A stretch of DNA of 64,000 nt from Octopus bimaculoides (Eukaryota): contig NC_068992.1 in the NCBI RefSeq assembly GCF_001194135.2, positions 13,957,464-14,021,463 on the forward strand, read 5' to 3'. Shown in pieces: positions 50,761 to 64,000 of the stretch; position 1 is the first letter of the stretch; every line of letters begins with the position of its first letter. A program made the translations under genes and the position numbers. The notes beneath the pieces are model-generated. The model did not search any database and had not been told where the DNA came from. It saw only the letters and a program-made list of their open reading frames with translations.

Positions 50761-51220
50761 AAGAGAGTTACATATGTATGTATCTATGTATGTATGTATG
50801 TATGTATGTATGTATGTATGTATAAATAATCAAATCGAAACTACAGTGAGGTTATTAATAACATTACAATAGATTTACTGTAAAATGGCAACATTCCATA
50901 TTTTTTTTTGTAATGGCACCACATATTATTAGATTAAGGTAATTTTCAAGTGACCTAACAGAACGTGAATTAACAATGTCCTCAATTACTCTCGCTAAAC
51001 TATGAAAATATGATTTTACGTTGCAAAGGACATTCGCCGTCTGTTACACTTAGAAGTTTTTTTCTGTTTCGCTCAAGGGAAGTAACCTAGAAGAATCACA
51101 CTATATGATACATGCAATGACTCACACATTCACGCACACACATGCTACACGTACATATATATACGCACGTATACGCAGAGACAGATATATATGCACAGTC
51201 ACATGCGCACACACACTCAC

Positions 51221-51268
<48 letters not shown>

Positions 51269-51536
51269 NNNNNNNNNNNNNNNNNNNNNNNNNNNNNNNN
51301 NNNNNNNNNNNNNNNNNNNNNNNNNNNNNNNNNNNNNNNNNNNNNNNNNNNNNNNNNNNNNNNNNNNNNNNNNNNNNNNNNNNNNNNNNNNNNNNNNNNN
51401 NNNNNNNNNNNNNNNNNNNNNNNNNNNNNNNNNNNNNNNNNNNNNNNNNNNNNNNNNNNNNNNNNNNNNNNNNNNNNNNNNNNNNNNNNNNNNNNNNNNN
51501 NNNNNNNNNNNNNNNNNNNNTATATATATATATATA

Positions 51537-51760
51537 TGGTGTTCCGGCATGGCCGCACTCAAATGACTGAAACAATAAAAGAATATGAGTGCGGCCATAC
51601 TGGAACACCACCTTTAGTCGAGAAAATTGACCCAGGACTCCTTTGTAAGCCTAGTACTTATTCTATCATCCCTTTTGCCGAACCGCTAAGTTACAGGGAC
51701 ATAAACACACTAACATCGGTTGTGAAGCGATGATAGGAAGACGAATATAGACACAGATAC
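51537..51760 (-). mobile_element. Family B SINE 3' half with a terminal fold-back
   Basis: Minus-strand B 3' half 51586-51760; inverted copy of its end at 51537-51585. Confidence 0.85.
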
Positions 51761-53522
51761 ATACAAACATATATATATATACGCGCAGACACACACATAT
51801 GTATATATATATACATACATACATACATACATACATACATACATACATACATACACATATATATATACATATGTATATATACTTATATATACTCACATAT
51901 ATATACATATACATATATACGCATATAAATACATACATACGTACATATATAGTTCATACCTACATACATAACGTACATACATACATATACACTTATAAGT
52001 CTGCAGAGATGTGCCCATATATATAGACAAATCCTTATATACACACTTAACATGGGAAAACCTACACAAAGTTGTACAAATATGTTTATATACACACATA
52101 CATATTTAGACGTAGTTTTATGCATACGTACATCTATGATATGATTATATATAAAAAAAAAAGAATTCCAATAATCATATGGTGTTCCCGCCGATTTTGA
52201 CATCTGGTTCCTATTATCACTATGATATGCTGAGAAGTTCAAAATCGAGTGTCGTAACCTATAATACTGCGTCAAACGTTAGGATGTTCAACCATTATCA
52301 TATCTGCTCAACCATCTGCGGACTTTTTCTGCATTAACCAAACACATAATATATTCCTACGGCTGTATCTGTTATTGCATTGACCCGGTTACTTTTGGCT
52401 AGTTGTTATATTTACTGTCAATCATTGTGCAATAAAATGGACATAATACATATTTTATCTTGGTAATGTCACTGAACGAATTAGCGTAATGTAATTTAAG
52501 CAAAGACATAAGACAATATAATGCAGTACGTTTTAAGCTATGAGCTTTGACTTGACTATCTAGGATAAATATTATTTATGTGTTAATGGAAAGTTCACAA
52601 TATTGGCTTTTATTTCGAAATTGATTTTTACCACTCACGACATTTGTTTTCGAGCTTATTCTGAAGTCAGAAAGATATTTGTAATGCTTCTATCAACGAA
52701 AGCGAGTAATATATTAATATTTTATAAATTTATGTGCTGTGCATTACTGGGATCGAACTATTGTTGCCAGATCTTAATGACTTTGTGATGGGTAAAAATG
52801 ATTTCCTTGCATGTAATATTCTATGACAAAAATATATCTTGTATCTTACAAACTAGTTGATAATTCCCTGCATTATTCGATCTTTACGTAAACTTTGACT
52901 AGTTTACGATTTTAAGATACAGTCTTAAAAGTTTTAGCTTTAGCTTTACAACTCTCAGTGGACGACAGGTAAATATTACATGGGTCAGAAATCTAGGTTT
53001 TAATAGGAAATTGAATCGATCCAAACTAATAGCTACGTGAAGTATTTTACTGAAATATTTAAGCGAAACTCTGATATACAAAGCAACTAATTGTCACAAT
53101 ATTCAATGCACTGCTTATAAGTCAGTCATACACTACACTCTTTTTCTCATCCTTTCAAAATGTATATCGTGCAAGTTCCAATTTACCACCGACACTTTGC
53201 AACGTACCTGACTGGCTCACATAATGTTTATTGATCCAATCATCTTAGGTGTCTTATGTTTTTCAATCTGAGTTTATGATTCATCAATACATTCGCATAG
53301 ATTAATCAATTTCTATGTAGTTGAAGTAAGACACTGTCAAGTGATATTAACGTCCCATAATATGATTACACCTGAATAAAATATACAAAAACTCTAATAT
53401 TTAAAATACAATTCGTTTATGTGAGATAAAACAAATTTCGTAGAGTTACAGACAAGAATATAATTAAGGTACAGTCAATGAATATGGTTTGTCTTCATGC
53501 AACCCGATTGTAGAGTATTTAC

Positions 53523-53561
<39 letters not shown>

Positions 53562-53566
<5 letters not shown>

Positions 53567-53940
53567 CCCAGGGATAGAAGGTTTCTAATGAGACAACGAG
53601 AAAAAATCTCAAATCGTCTTAATGGGCTACTAAAGCATAAGAAACGATTCTACCTCAAGCGAACATTCCTCGAAATAGAAAATGAGCTCAAATGCTCCCA
53701 TGAAGAGGAAAGGGCAGAAAAGGAAGCCAGGGCTGTCAAAAATATTAAGACAAACCCTAATGCCTTCTATAGATATGCAAAACAATCTGCTTTAGTACGG
53801 TATAACATAGGGCCACTACTTGAAGACAGTGGCTCACCGACTTCAGACCCTCAGAGTATCTGTTAAATACTGAATTTGAAATATAAGTGTGCTTTTACCA
53901 ATCCACTGAGATACTTGCAATGAACTCAAAGGAAGCACCT
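53562..53940 (+). pseudogene. CR1/Jockey-group LINE ORF2 fragment (APE-RT linker)
   Basis: IPRDRRFLMRQR..LEIENELKCSHEEER..KNIKTNPNAFYRYAK..NIGPLLEDSG..ILNLKYKCAFT matches the KTNPK.FY.Y...IGPL...IL...F.SVFT pattern. Confidence 0.8.
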
Positions 53941-56299
53941 TTCTTTAAAACGTTAGAATGTCATTCGAGGGATGTTTGCTTCTATCTGCAACAGCTTTAG
54001 CAATCACATGGAGACTCATTTATGTTTTATTTTTATTTATTTGTATTTAAGTCGTTATTTATTGTATTTGTGAAGACCACAACCACATTTCTCATCTTAA
54101 TGCGAGTTACCTTCATTTACGTTCCTAATGTAGTCTAAAGAAAGAAACAAAAACTGATAGAATGTCACATACTTCTTGTATGCTGTAAAAAATAAAGAGT
54201 ATTTTGTATGGATTCAGAAGGAAGCCACAGAATTTACTGCTTCCGTTCTGACATTCGAACATTTGAATATTCTTTCTGCCAGCTGTCATAACTTTGGATG
54301 GCAGTTAATGGTAACAATCACCAATTCTTGTCAGATAAGAAGAAATATGTGCTTGTGCGTGCGCGCGAGTAGGGAAAGAGAGGAAGGAATAATATAAATC
54401 ACATGAAAACAAAATTGGAAGTGCTAATGTGAAACTCAACAACATTCAACATGTATTATTACAAAAGTGTTGTGTCCAGGTGCGAGGATGCAACCGTTTT
54501 GACAGCCTCTCTTTAACCGACATTAAATTTAAACACCTCTCTCAGAAAACAATCTTACTTTTTTTTTTTTGCTATCGAGTCAAACATAACAATTACGTTA
54601 CTCCATTTTATCTACACCCCTCAGTCTGTAGAATCTGACAAAATACTGACAAAGCAATTGCAAAAATAAAAAGCAGAATAGAAAGACTTGTTTGAAAAAA
54701 TAAAATTTGTTTTACTCAAAAGCTGACTGCCACCTGAATGTCCTCACAGCTTTTAGTGCTGATCAGATTATTGATCTGTAACGCTGAACAAAATCGAATT
54801 CTAGCCTTTATTTTTTTTATTTTTATTAAGTTAATAATAAAAATTATTATTATCATTATTATCATTATTATTATTATTATTATTACAGTTCTCCATTTAA
54901 CAGTTGTTCTTGTCTTGTATTCGTTTATTAGCTTGGTAGTTTTCAGGTTGGCATCCATTTGTTATACACCGTTCCTTATTTATTTTAACATGTCACATTT
55001 AAATGCTGAAAACTAAAGCGAAGCCACGCTGCCTGTTGGCAAGCTGCGTCTAGTCTAAAGTGCAAAGAACAACGCTGTTATTGAACTGTGCCGGGTAATG
55101 ACGTCAGAGAAGGAGTGTATCAAACGAAATCGAATTAATTACAACTGAAACGACGACGAAATGGTATAAACTGGCGTTAAATGTGAACGATGTCTGTGAA
55201 AATTTAAACTAAGATCAAAATGGAGACATAAAAATAGTAAAGCTGAAAGTTATAGTTAAAACAAAATGTTAGTAATTTTCCTACTCGTTAGATGTTCCTC
55301 TTAATGTGTTAGAGTATTTAACCTCCCTGTGCATAAATAGACCTAAGGAAGGAAAATTGATTCAATAAATTGAAATGTAAGGTGAGATAATCTTTCATAA
55401 TTAGAAATTCGAACTGCCAGAAGCCAGTATATGTGTGATACGGGTTAAGTCATTATTATTGCAGTTAATCTAATTCTGAACATCGCATAGTTTTGTATAT
55501 CTAGAACTAAATTGTCAAATGTTTCACATTTTTTTCACGACGATATGATGGGATTTCAACGCAGCGAATTATTGCCACGGTGAGGTAGCGTTTGTCTTCA
55601 TATTTCCGACAGCATCTGCCAATAGACTACCGGGCAGTAACACAAGTTGTCCCCACTATCTCTCACTTTCTCCCCGCCTCCCTCTCTCTCTCTCTCACTC
55701 TCTTTCTGTTTCTTGTATAACAGTTGCCCATGATGGGATGTCGAGATACATTGATCGTCACTGCACTTATTTCTCCCCCCAAAACGACTTGTGTGAGAGG
55801 TTAATAATCTTTTCTGGTGAAAACAAAATATATAATACCAGTGGCATGGTTCGAATAAAAACTAACGTACCAGTACACTACGGAACGGAAATAAGGAAGA
55901 GAAAGAAGAGTGCTATTTTGAGGGAGATTTAGTTCCAATTTCTTATTGGTCCAAAATCCACATACAGAGTTCTATTCTCGGCTTATTTTGATCTAAGTTT
56001 AGATATTTTTAGTCTTCTTTCACACTTTAAGCACGAAAAATATGAATAATGTATATAATAGATCTGTTGTTGATTTGCTAAGTTTTATATGTTATAACAT
56101 TTATTTACTCACTTCGATAGATTAGAATTCTACCGGTTGATCTCGTAATCTTTCTTCATAAATAAACATGACTTCACGAAAAAGTTTACCAATAAATGCG
56201 ATGAGCATATACACACAGCTGTTCTCATGTAACAACACAGAGAATGATTTTTGAGGAACGGATTAGTCGATACTAACTATTGATCACAGCACCTAACTG

Positions 56300-56430
56300 A
56301 TACTTTATTTAATCGACCTGAAAGATTTGAAAGGCATACTTGATTTCTGCTTGAACTGAGCACTGAAATTTCAAGGCCGGAAGAATCGGGGGGTATTTTG
56401 TGGCACGCGCAAATGATTCTGCCAAAGACC
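56300..56430 (-). mobile_element. Family A SINE, decayed
   Basis: tactttatttaatcgacctgaaag..gaaaggca..cttgaact..gattctgcca. Confidence 0.5.
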
Positions 56431-57250
56431 CGTTCTGAAACAGAAATATAACCATGGTTGCTAATTTAGGCCCAGGTGCAGCAATTTTAAGAGTTGAGGA
56501 TGAATAGATATTAAATGACCCCAATACTTGACTAGTACTTCACTTTATCGACCATAGAAGGATGAATAGGAAAGCTAACTCTAGTATGAGTGTACGTATA
56601 CGGTTTGGAAAAACAAGGCAGCTACCGTTGTTGGCAGGATCATCAAGGCCGTAACCAAATGCGAAGGAATTGCATATATTATTTTTCAGGAGTTAGTTCC
56701 AGAAGGTGAGAAAAATCAACGAAGATTTTCACTTTGATTTCTTTATGCTTTTAGGAAATGGATTACAAAAGAAGAAACCTTGGACTTGGAGTAAAATAAT
56801 CTGACTGCTGCAGTATGAAAACGCACCTACTCACTTGCCATTCGCTGTTGCTATCTTTTTGGTACAGTAACAAATTATTTTCTTCCACCAGATTGCTTAG
56901 TTGCCAAATTTTGTCACTGCAGACATTTTTTCCGAAGTTAAAATCTAGATTGAAAGGTATCTGATTTCAACGACAGAAGAGATAAAAGAAAGAACATTTT
57001 GCTATATCTGCAAAATACGGCGGAAAACGAATTCTAAAATTGGAACCTAAAACATTTGAGTTGTGTATAATCAGAAGTCGGAACATTAATAGTCAATATT
57101 GCAATAACTGATGCTATTCTAAGTAAAGCAATAGTTTTTATATGCATTTCTACTTTTAAAAAGCCATTTATATTCATACATGTGTATGTGTGTGTGTGTG
57201 TGTGTGTATAGATAGATAGAGAGAAAGAGATAGACAGACAGATAGAAAAA

Positions 57251-57328
<78 letters not shown>

Positions 57329-59027
57329 GTACATATGCATAGAAACACATACACATACATAGAATCTCAGATCTATAGATATGAATGCATATGATGCTTA
57401 ACAGTTACTCGTAAGTGGGTGTGAGCTGGTACTTCGTGCCATGCTTCCGCTAATCATTTTATGTGCCTGCCTGTAGACATAGATACTCTCTCAGGTTCCC
57501 AGCGTTGACTTAGCAGAACATCGACTAGTACTTGTTTTCAATTGAGTAGACTGGAAACGAAATGAAAGGTAGTGCCTGCTTAAATATAAAGAAAAATTTC
57601 ATTTCTCGCTCCAGAAATCAAATCCACTACTTTATAATCGTTTGCACAACGCTCAAACCAAATGACTTGCGCTTAATCGCGCGCACACCTACACACACCA
57701 TGCACAAACCATTCAATGCATACACATAATTATATAGATAGGTAAGGTACACGCGTAAGCATATATGCCTAAATATGTATGAGCATAAATATGTATGCGT
57801 ACTTGTGTGCGGGTATACGCAAGCGGTGAAGCATATATTTAGATACACATACAAGTGAGTATCGCATTGATATATTATGAACTGTACTCCTATGATCAGT
57901 GACATTGACAGAACTTCTTTTCATCGCTTGCAGAGATATAGCTTTTATTTTTATTCCTGTCGTAGGGGGTGTATGATATTGTAAAATATCCAAAGCGAAT
58001 GATTAAAAGGAATGCATTTTGGTATTTCAAGTTCTCAGCACGAAAACAAAGAGCGGGAAAATGGTGATATGGAATAAAAGAATAGAACACTACAAAAGAA
58101 AATCATTGCGACTTTCGAGATGAAATCAAGCAGTAAAGGACACACCGCTCACAGGGATTGTTAATCTCCGGTTTCACGCATTTGATGTCGGTGGTCTCTT
58201 TAATTTTTCGGTAGCCAACATTTATATCAGTAACTTTGATCGTACCTTTGGTTTCCTGTTAAAGCATTTTCCCAATTGCTTTTTAACCGACAACCTAATA
58301 TATAGGTTTTCTATTGAACGAATATACATAGATCATCTTTAAGAAGGAATGGATGCAGGGAGATGTCTAGAATATCTATGAAAATGTGTTGAATGCAAGC
58401 ATTATTTGCATTCCACGTGTTCAACCGCACCAGATCAGTAGCATTTTTTCTCTCCAGGCCACTGATCAAAATTAATCATTATGCAAACAAAACTGAATTC
58501 ATTATATATTACCAAAAAGTCTATGATTTTTTTTTTATAGTACATATATATTGTAAAGAATCTAAATTAATATTGATTCACATAATTACAATAAAAAACT
58601 ATTTCAAATATCTAAACTATCTTGCTAATGAAAATAGAGGATGGCTTTCACTGATATGATCACTTCGAACACTGTTATTTCTGCCGTTACAAATTTCTGT
58701 CACAATTTGATATTATTACATTATTCTGGAACTTCGTCTTACAAAAAATACTAAATAAATAAAATAAACAAACAATATNNNNNNNNNNNNNNNNNNNNNN
58801 NNNNNNNNNNNNNNNNNNNNNNNNNNNNNNNNNNNNNNNNNNNNNNNNNNNNNNNNNNNNNNNNNNNNNNNNNNNNNNNNNNNNNNNNNNNNNNNNNNNN
58901 NNNNNNNNTATTTTGCAGAGAAAAGTGTAGGTGGCTAGCTGTCCACGCTTCTAAAAAGCAAACTTCGTTTGTTTATTTACGTTTGTCGTAATTTGAATTT
59001 AACATATATATATATATATATATATAT

Positions 59028-59095
59028 ATGGGAGAATTTATGAAAAAAAAACAACAGACGAAGACAGGTGGTGTAAACAACAAATGGATGTAGTA
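59028..59095 (-). mobile_element. Family D repeat, microsatellite-anchored end only
   Basis: (TA)n-GGGAGAATTTATGAAAAAAAAACAACAGACGAAGACAGGTGGTGTAAACAACAAA; stops before the HHR. Confidence 0.85.
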
Positions 59096-59146
59096 GTAGT
59101 GCGTGTGTGTGTTTCAACGTGTGTATTGTATTTCTGTACGTGTGTG

Positions 59147-59186
<40 letters not shown>

Positions 59187-60137
59187 TATTTATATGCATA
59201 GCTCGCTTTGTTCAGTCATAGATAATAAGAAAAGGTGGACAGTCTCTCGAATCGACCTAAATACATGACTTGCAATTATTCTATTAATTACAAAAATAGG
59301 AAATATGAAGTTGACCCCAGTGGGACTTGAACTGGCAACATAATTAACTGCTACAAAGTACTTTTACTTGTGTTCCACTCCTTTGTGCTTAATGCCTTGT
59401 TTCTTATCCTAAACCACCAAGTCGCAAACTTGCTGCAAAAGTAAATGAAATGTATAATTAGCTGGAGATAATCAGTTGAGGATTGTCAAAGTTCTAAATA
59501 TTTCTGTTGCTATCATAATTTATTCATTAATTTTAATATTTTATCGTATAAAAAAATTACCTTTTGAAAAGAAAGTATAAACGGAAAAAAATTCTAACAA
59601 AAATGCATTAATGATGGTAAGAACAACCATAATATAAAGAGACAGAAATAAACCATTAAACGTAAGTTCGGCCATAAATATTTATAACACTTCTTTAAGT
59701 ATCTTTGGCTTTGTGAGTTGATGTATTTCCAAAACCTTAACCAAGCTGCATCTCATGTAAACGGTGTCAATCAACATATAACAAACGAACTATTTTCTGA
59801 TTTCACTTTACCAAACTAAAATCCATCAGCCTGAATGCATCTTAGAATATATTGTCCTTAATATTTTGTTTTGTATTTTGTTGAAAATACAAACAAAAAT
59901 GCTGGAGATATTTATACCATACAGTCTCTGTGATTTCTTTTAATTAGTCCAAGGCCATAAATCTATTGTAGGAAAGATTCAAGTGAAAGCTATAGATTTT
60001 ATGAATTTCAGCGTTAACCTTAAACGAAATATTGAAAATATTTAAGGCAGCAGTTATTGCCTCTGCTATCTATTTTAGATTACGTGAAATGGTTTTCTAA
60101 AAGAGATAAAATCGTTGACAATACTGTAAGTAAATGT

Positions 60138-60346
60138 AAGGTGGCAGTGAGCTGGCAGAGTCGTTAGCACACCGTGCAAAATAGTTATCGGCATTCCACT
60201 CTTTACATTTTGAGTTCAAATTCCGCCTAGGTCGACTTTGCCTTTCATCCTCTCGGGGTCGATAAAATAAGTACCAGTTGAGTACAGGGAACTTACCGCC
60301 TCCCCGAAATTGCTGGCTTTGTGCTAAAATTTGACATCATTGTTAA
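60138..60346 (+). mobile_element. Family A SINE with a 10-bp TSD
   Basis: AAGTAAATGT at 60128-60137 and 60347-60356. Confidence 0.85.
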
Positions 60347-61439
60347 AAGTAAATGTGTTATGGCATTAGTGACTATTGGATAAAATGCTTTGCTGTGTGC
60401 TTTCATTCCACTGCAAGGCACGAAACTGGCAGAAAATTTAGAGGGCCATATTAAATGCAATATGGTATCATTTCCAGCCCTTTATATTTTGTCAGCAAGG
60501 CCTGCGATAACACTGGTCCAGCAGAAGTACTTGCATTTCTCTTGGTTAAATGTTGTTTGAAAAGGTGAGTTGCTTCAATAATTTTACAAATCTTCTTTAA
60601 AAATGTTCTGTCCATACGTGTGCAGATGCTAGGTTGACTTTGGACGATTATTTACCTTCCTTGGTTAAATACCTACAGAGCACTGATCATGTTTCACTGC
60701 AATATTACAATGGTGGGAATGACAAGACAGCTCATGTGCAAATAAAAGAAAACTGATATAAACAGTACAAACTGAAACAACGAACTCTGTTCTAAACCAC
60801 CTCCAGCAACATGCAAAACACTTCTTTTTCTAAAATATAAATGTATGAAAATAAAAGACAGATGCTCCAGAATACATTTTTTGTTTGAAAGCACATTTGT
60901 TTTTTACACCGATGTTTAAATCTTTTGTCGATAGAGATCCATGAGTGCTCCATTCTGTAAAATAGAGCTAAAATGATATTTTTTAATAAACACGCAAAGA
61001 TTTCACAAACAACACTATAAGAAGTGCGAGTATTAATGTAAAATTAAGCATAAATTTAGTTATAAATATTCATCTTATGCAGATTCATAATAAGCTTCGC
61101 TGTTTAAATACACCGTGTGGTTTAACTAGAGAGCTCTCTGTATAGTTCGATATGAGAAAAAGTTTGACTATCATCATTTCATAATAATAATCCAGTTTTA
61201 GTTTTCTTACACATTTGGAAAACTGAAGCTGAATTAAATTATAAGGCTGTCATCAAGAATGTACTTGGATGGGACCAACTCTGAATTTCATTCAAACATT
61301 CAGAGTTGGGAAACAACTCGGAGTTTCAGTTCATATACATTATACTTGACATTTAGAACAATCACATTTATACGATATAATCTGTCCATCGTCCTGAAAT
61401 CATAAAAAATACGATATCACCTTTTCAATGCGGCAAATG

Positions 61440-61775
61440 TAAGCGCTTTCCAACCACATGGTCCCGGGTTCAAGCTCAATGCGTGACAGTTTGGGCTAGT
61501 GACCAAAGCCATGTCAGTTCTGTCGAAGGAAACTACAAGATGTCTGACTTACGTGCGCGCGCGTGTGTGTTTTCCCCTCCCCACAACCACTTCACAACTG
61601 GTGTTGGTGCGTTTACGTTCCTGTAACTTAGGGCTTCGGCAAAAGATGGCGATAGAGTAAGAAAATAAGTAACAAGCACTGAGGTAAACTCATTCGACTA
61701 AGAAATCTTCTATATTGTGCTCCTGCATGGCCGCAGTCTAATGACTAAAACAAGCAACAGACGAAGATATAAAAG
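61440..61775 (+). mobile_element. Family B SINE, diverged
   Basis: ccaaccacatggtcccgggttca..gaccaaagcc..cgtttacgttcctgtaacttag..gcatggccgcagtctaatgactaaaacaagc. Confidence 0.8.
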
Positions 61776-61929
61776 GTACGTTTCCTTTTTTTCATGCAAT
61801 TTTTAGAGATTCTACAATTATATTTGCCTTATTTTGTCTGGGATCATATCGTGAACAAATGCAATGAAGCAGTTCTTCCTGTATCTTATTATTTTATTAT
61901 TTTATTATTTTATTATTTCTCATTAATTA

Positions 61930-62144
61930 AGGCCGCCAGCTGGCAGAATCGTTAGCATGTTGCACGAAATACTTAGCGGTATTTCGTCCATCTTTACTTT
62001 CTGAGTTCAAATTCCGCCGAGGTTGACTTTACTTTCACCCTTCAGGGTCGATAAAATAAGTACCAGTTGAACACTGGGGTCGATGTAATCGACTCATCCA
62101 CTCGCCAAAATTGCTGCCCTTCAGGCAAAATTGGAAATTATCAC
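61930..62144 (+). mobile_element. Family A SINE with a perfect 14-bp TSD
   Basis: TTTCTCATTAATTA at 61916-61929 and 62145-62158. Confidence 0.9.
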
Positions 62145-62768
62145 TTTCTCATTAATTATTCCTAGTCTCAATGCCTGCATTAGACTGCACCATTTGCTTT
62201 CAGTCACGTTGTACTTCTCGAATTGTCACTCTATCTCTTCCCTCTTTTTTTTTTTTTTAATTTATCTAGCTCTTCTTATTTTTGTTTCTTTTCCATAATT
62301 TATATTCATTTAGAGAAAAAGTATATCCTTAATGTCAGTTCATATAGTAAAGCTAATGGTATCGGGAGAGGCAACTGCTGTATTGCTGTATATAATAATG
62401 TTAATTATATCACTTAACGTATTTCTAGCCGTAAAATTATCTCCCTTCTTTACTGTAATAGTGATATGACTGCAAGACTAAAATTAAAATTTACCTGAGA
62501 GAGAAAATTACACTATTGAAAACGAAAAAAAATTATTTTCCGAAATGCAGAAAATATAAAAGTTTTGTAGCATTTACACTCTATCTTATTCCATCTGAAT
62601 TTAGAGAAATAAACAAAAAGAAAAATTAAAAAAGCAATAACGCCCACAACAGCGGAGATAAATATCCAGAAATTAAGATTTAGATTACTTACAATGTTAG
62701 AAGCAATATATTAGGTATTAAGTGCAGCTCGTAAACTTTGTCATCTCTGTCTCTGTCTTCCACACACA

Positions 62769-62840
<72 letters not shown>

Positions 62841-63027
62841 CTGTCTGTTTATCTATCTCTTTCTTTCTCTCACTGTCTCACTCTCTCTCATACTTGTTAC
62901 TTTTTATCACTCGTTTACAGTATTACTGCTTTGTGTGTCTGAGTACATCAGATAAAAATAAGAATAGTGATCAATAGACTTATTTCCCTTCGACAGCGTG
63001 ACATTCGAACACATTATAACATCGGTT

Positions 63028-63185
63028 TCAAATTTTGGCACAACACCAGCAATTTCGGGGAAGTTTGTAAATCAGTTACATCGACTCCAGTGTTCAACTG
63101 GTACTTATTTTATCGACCCCGAAAGCGTGAAAGGTGAAGTCGATGTTGGTGGAATTTAAACACATAAGGCAAAGACTGACAAACG
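63028..63185 (-). mobile_element. Family A SINE, partial
   Basis: tacatcgactccagtgttcaactggtacttattttatcgaccccgaaag is the reverse complement of the A body. Confidence 0.8.
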
Positions 63186-63384
63186 CACGCCATAGAAAGG
63201 ATTGTTTAGTAGTATAGGCGCATTGAACAGATCTGTATTGGTTCAACAATGAGATTAAACAATTATATACCTCTATATAAATAAGGGGAAATCTATTTTC
63301 ACTCATATATGAACATCGGTTACTAGTACGCAATCGCTGTGAGTTGATTTTGAACCCGTCTCATATTCATTCATTAATATCAGT

Positions 63385-63620
63385 GGCATAACAAAAGACG
63401 TCTTCTTTGGATGGGGTGGTAGGAGAGCTAGAACGATGGACGCCGAGCGACCATGCGTGGTGATCCACGATGAAAAGGCGAAGATCTGCTTTTCCATTGA
63501 TACTGTGATCAAAGACATTTCTAATCTCCTTATAAAATGGAAGCTGAGAATTTAACTTAATATCATGACCCTGAGATCTAGATCAAAGAACGTCGTCTAC
63601 TAAAACGAAAATATTGAATT
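63385..63620 (+). pseudogene. R4/Dong-type retrotransposon C-terminal restriction-like endonuclease fragment
   Basis: Frameshifted LLW..RTMDAERPCVVIHDEKAKICFSID..KMEAENLT*YHDPEI corresponds to ILWD..RPDIV..DK..K.C..ID..KE.EKL.KY.DLEI. Confidence 0.65.
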
Positions 63621-63825
63621 TCTCGGTTAATACAAAATAAACTCCAAATGTCAGGAAATCATTGTGCCAGAGCAAAAAAAATTTGACTGCATTACACATG
63701 AGAAATAACTGTTAATATTCTATGAAAATCCGATGCGTTGTTCAGATCCGGAGTCATTATAATAGCAAGCTCATGTGGTGTGAAACATGACCAATAGCAG
63801 AAGATTTTAAATCATAATAATAGTC

Positions 63826-64000
63826 AAGCATGGCCGTGTGGTAAGAAGCTTGTTTCCCAGTCGCATGGTTTCGGGTTCAGTCCTACAGCGTGGCATCTTT
63901 GGAGTGTGTCTTCTGCTATAGGTTCGGGCCGACCAAAGCCTTGTGATTGGATTTGAAAGACGGAAACTGAAAGAAGAGCGTCTTTATATATATATATATA
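63826..64000 (+). mobile_element. Family B SINE, 5' half, running into (TA)n at the window edge
   Basis: gcatggccgtgtggtaagaagcttg..gggttcagtcc..ggccgaccaaagccttgtga..gacggaaactgaaagaag. Confidence 0.85.

Noticed and set aside
55099-55106. Perfect CRE palindrome TGACGTCA in a locally GC-richer unique region
   Set aside because: About one such 8-mer is expected by chance in 64 kb, and no transcription start is evident.

Overview
AT-rich, repeat-saturated metazoan genomic DNA from a gapped short-read assembly (14 N-gaps, most flanked by microsatellites). The SINE and microsatellite landscape looks like an octopus genome (inference from remembered repeat families, not verified). I could not support any intact host protein-coding gene, rRNA, true tRNA or CRISPR array; most ORFs in the track are microsatellite or N artefacts. 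The window holds: (i) five recurring short-repeat families, labelled here A, B, C, E (tRNA-headed SINEs) and F, plus a non-tRNA family D; (ii) decayed transposon remnants: two mariners, a Chapaev3/CMC-type transposase, two CR1-like LINE pieces, two R4/Dong-like LINE pieces, hAT- and Tigger-like MITE pieces, and a Penelope-like element (PLE) RT. The main result is a hammerhead-ribozyme (HHR) set. A PLE RT remnant carries a minimal type-I HHR just upstream of its ORF. Two non-coding repeat families carry HHRs of the same architecture. Family F is a tRNA-headed SINE with a 5' palindrome, found once as a head-to-head unit flanked by an apparent target-site duplication (TSD). Family D is anchored on dinucleotide microsatellites, has a CUGUUGA core variant, and twice sits inside family-B SINEs. 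All alignments and folds were done by eye.
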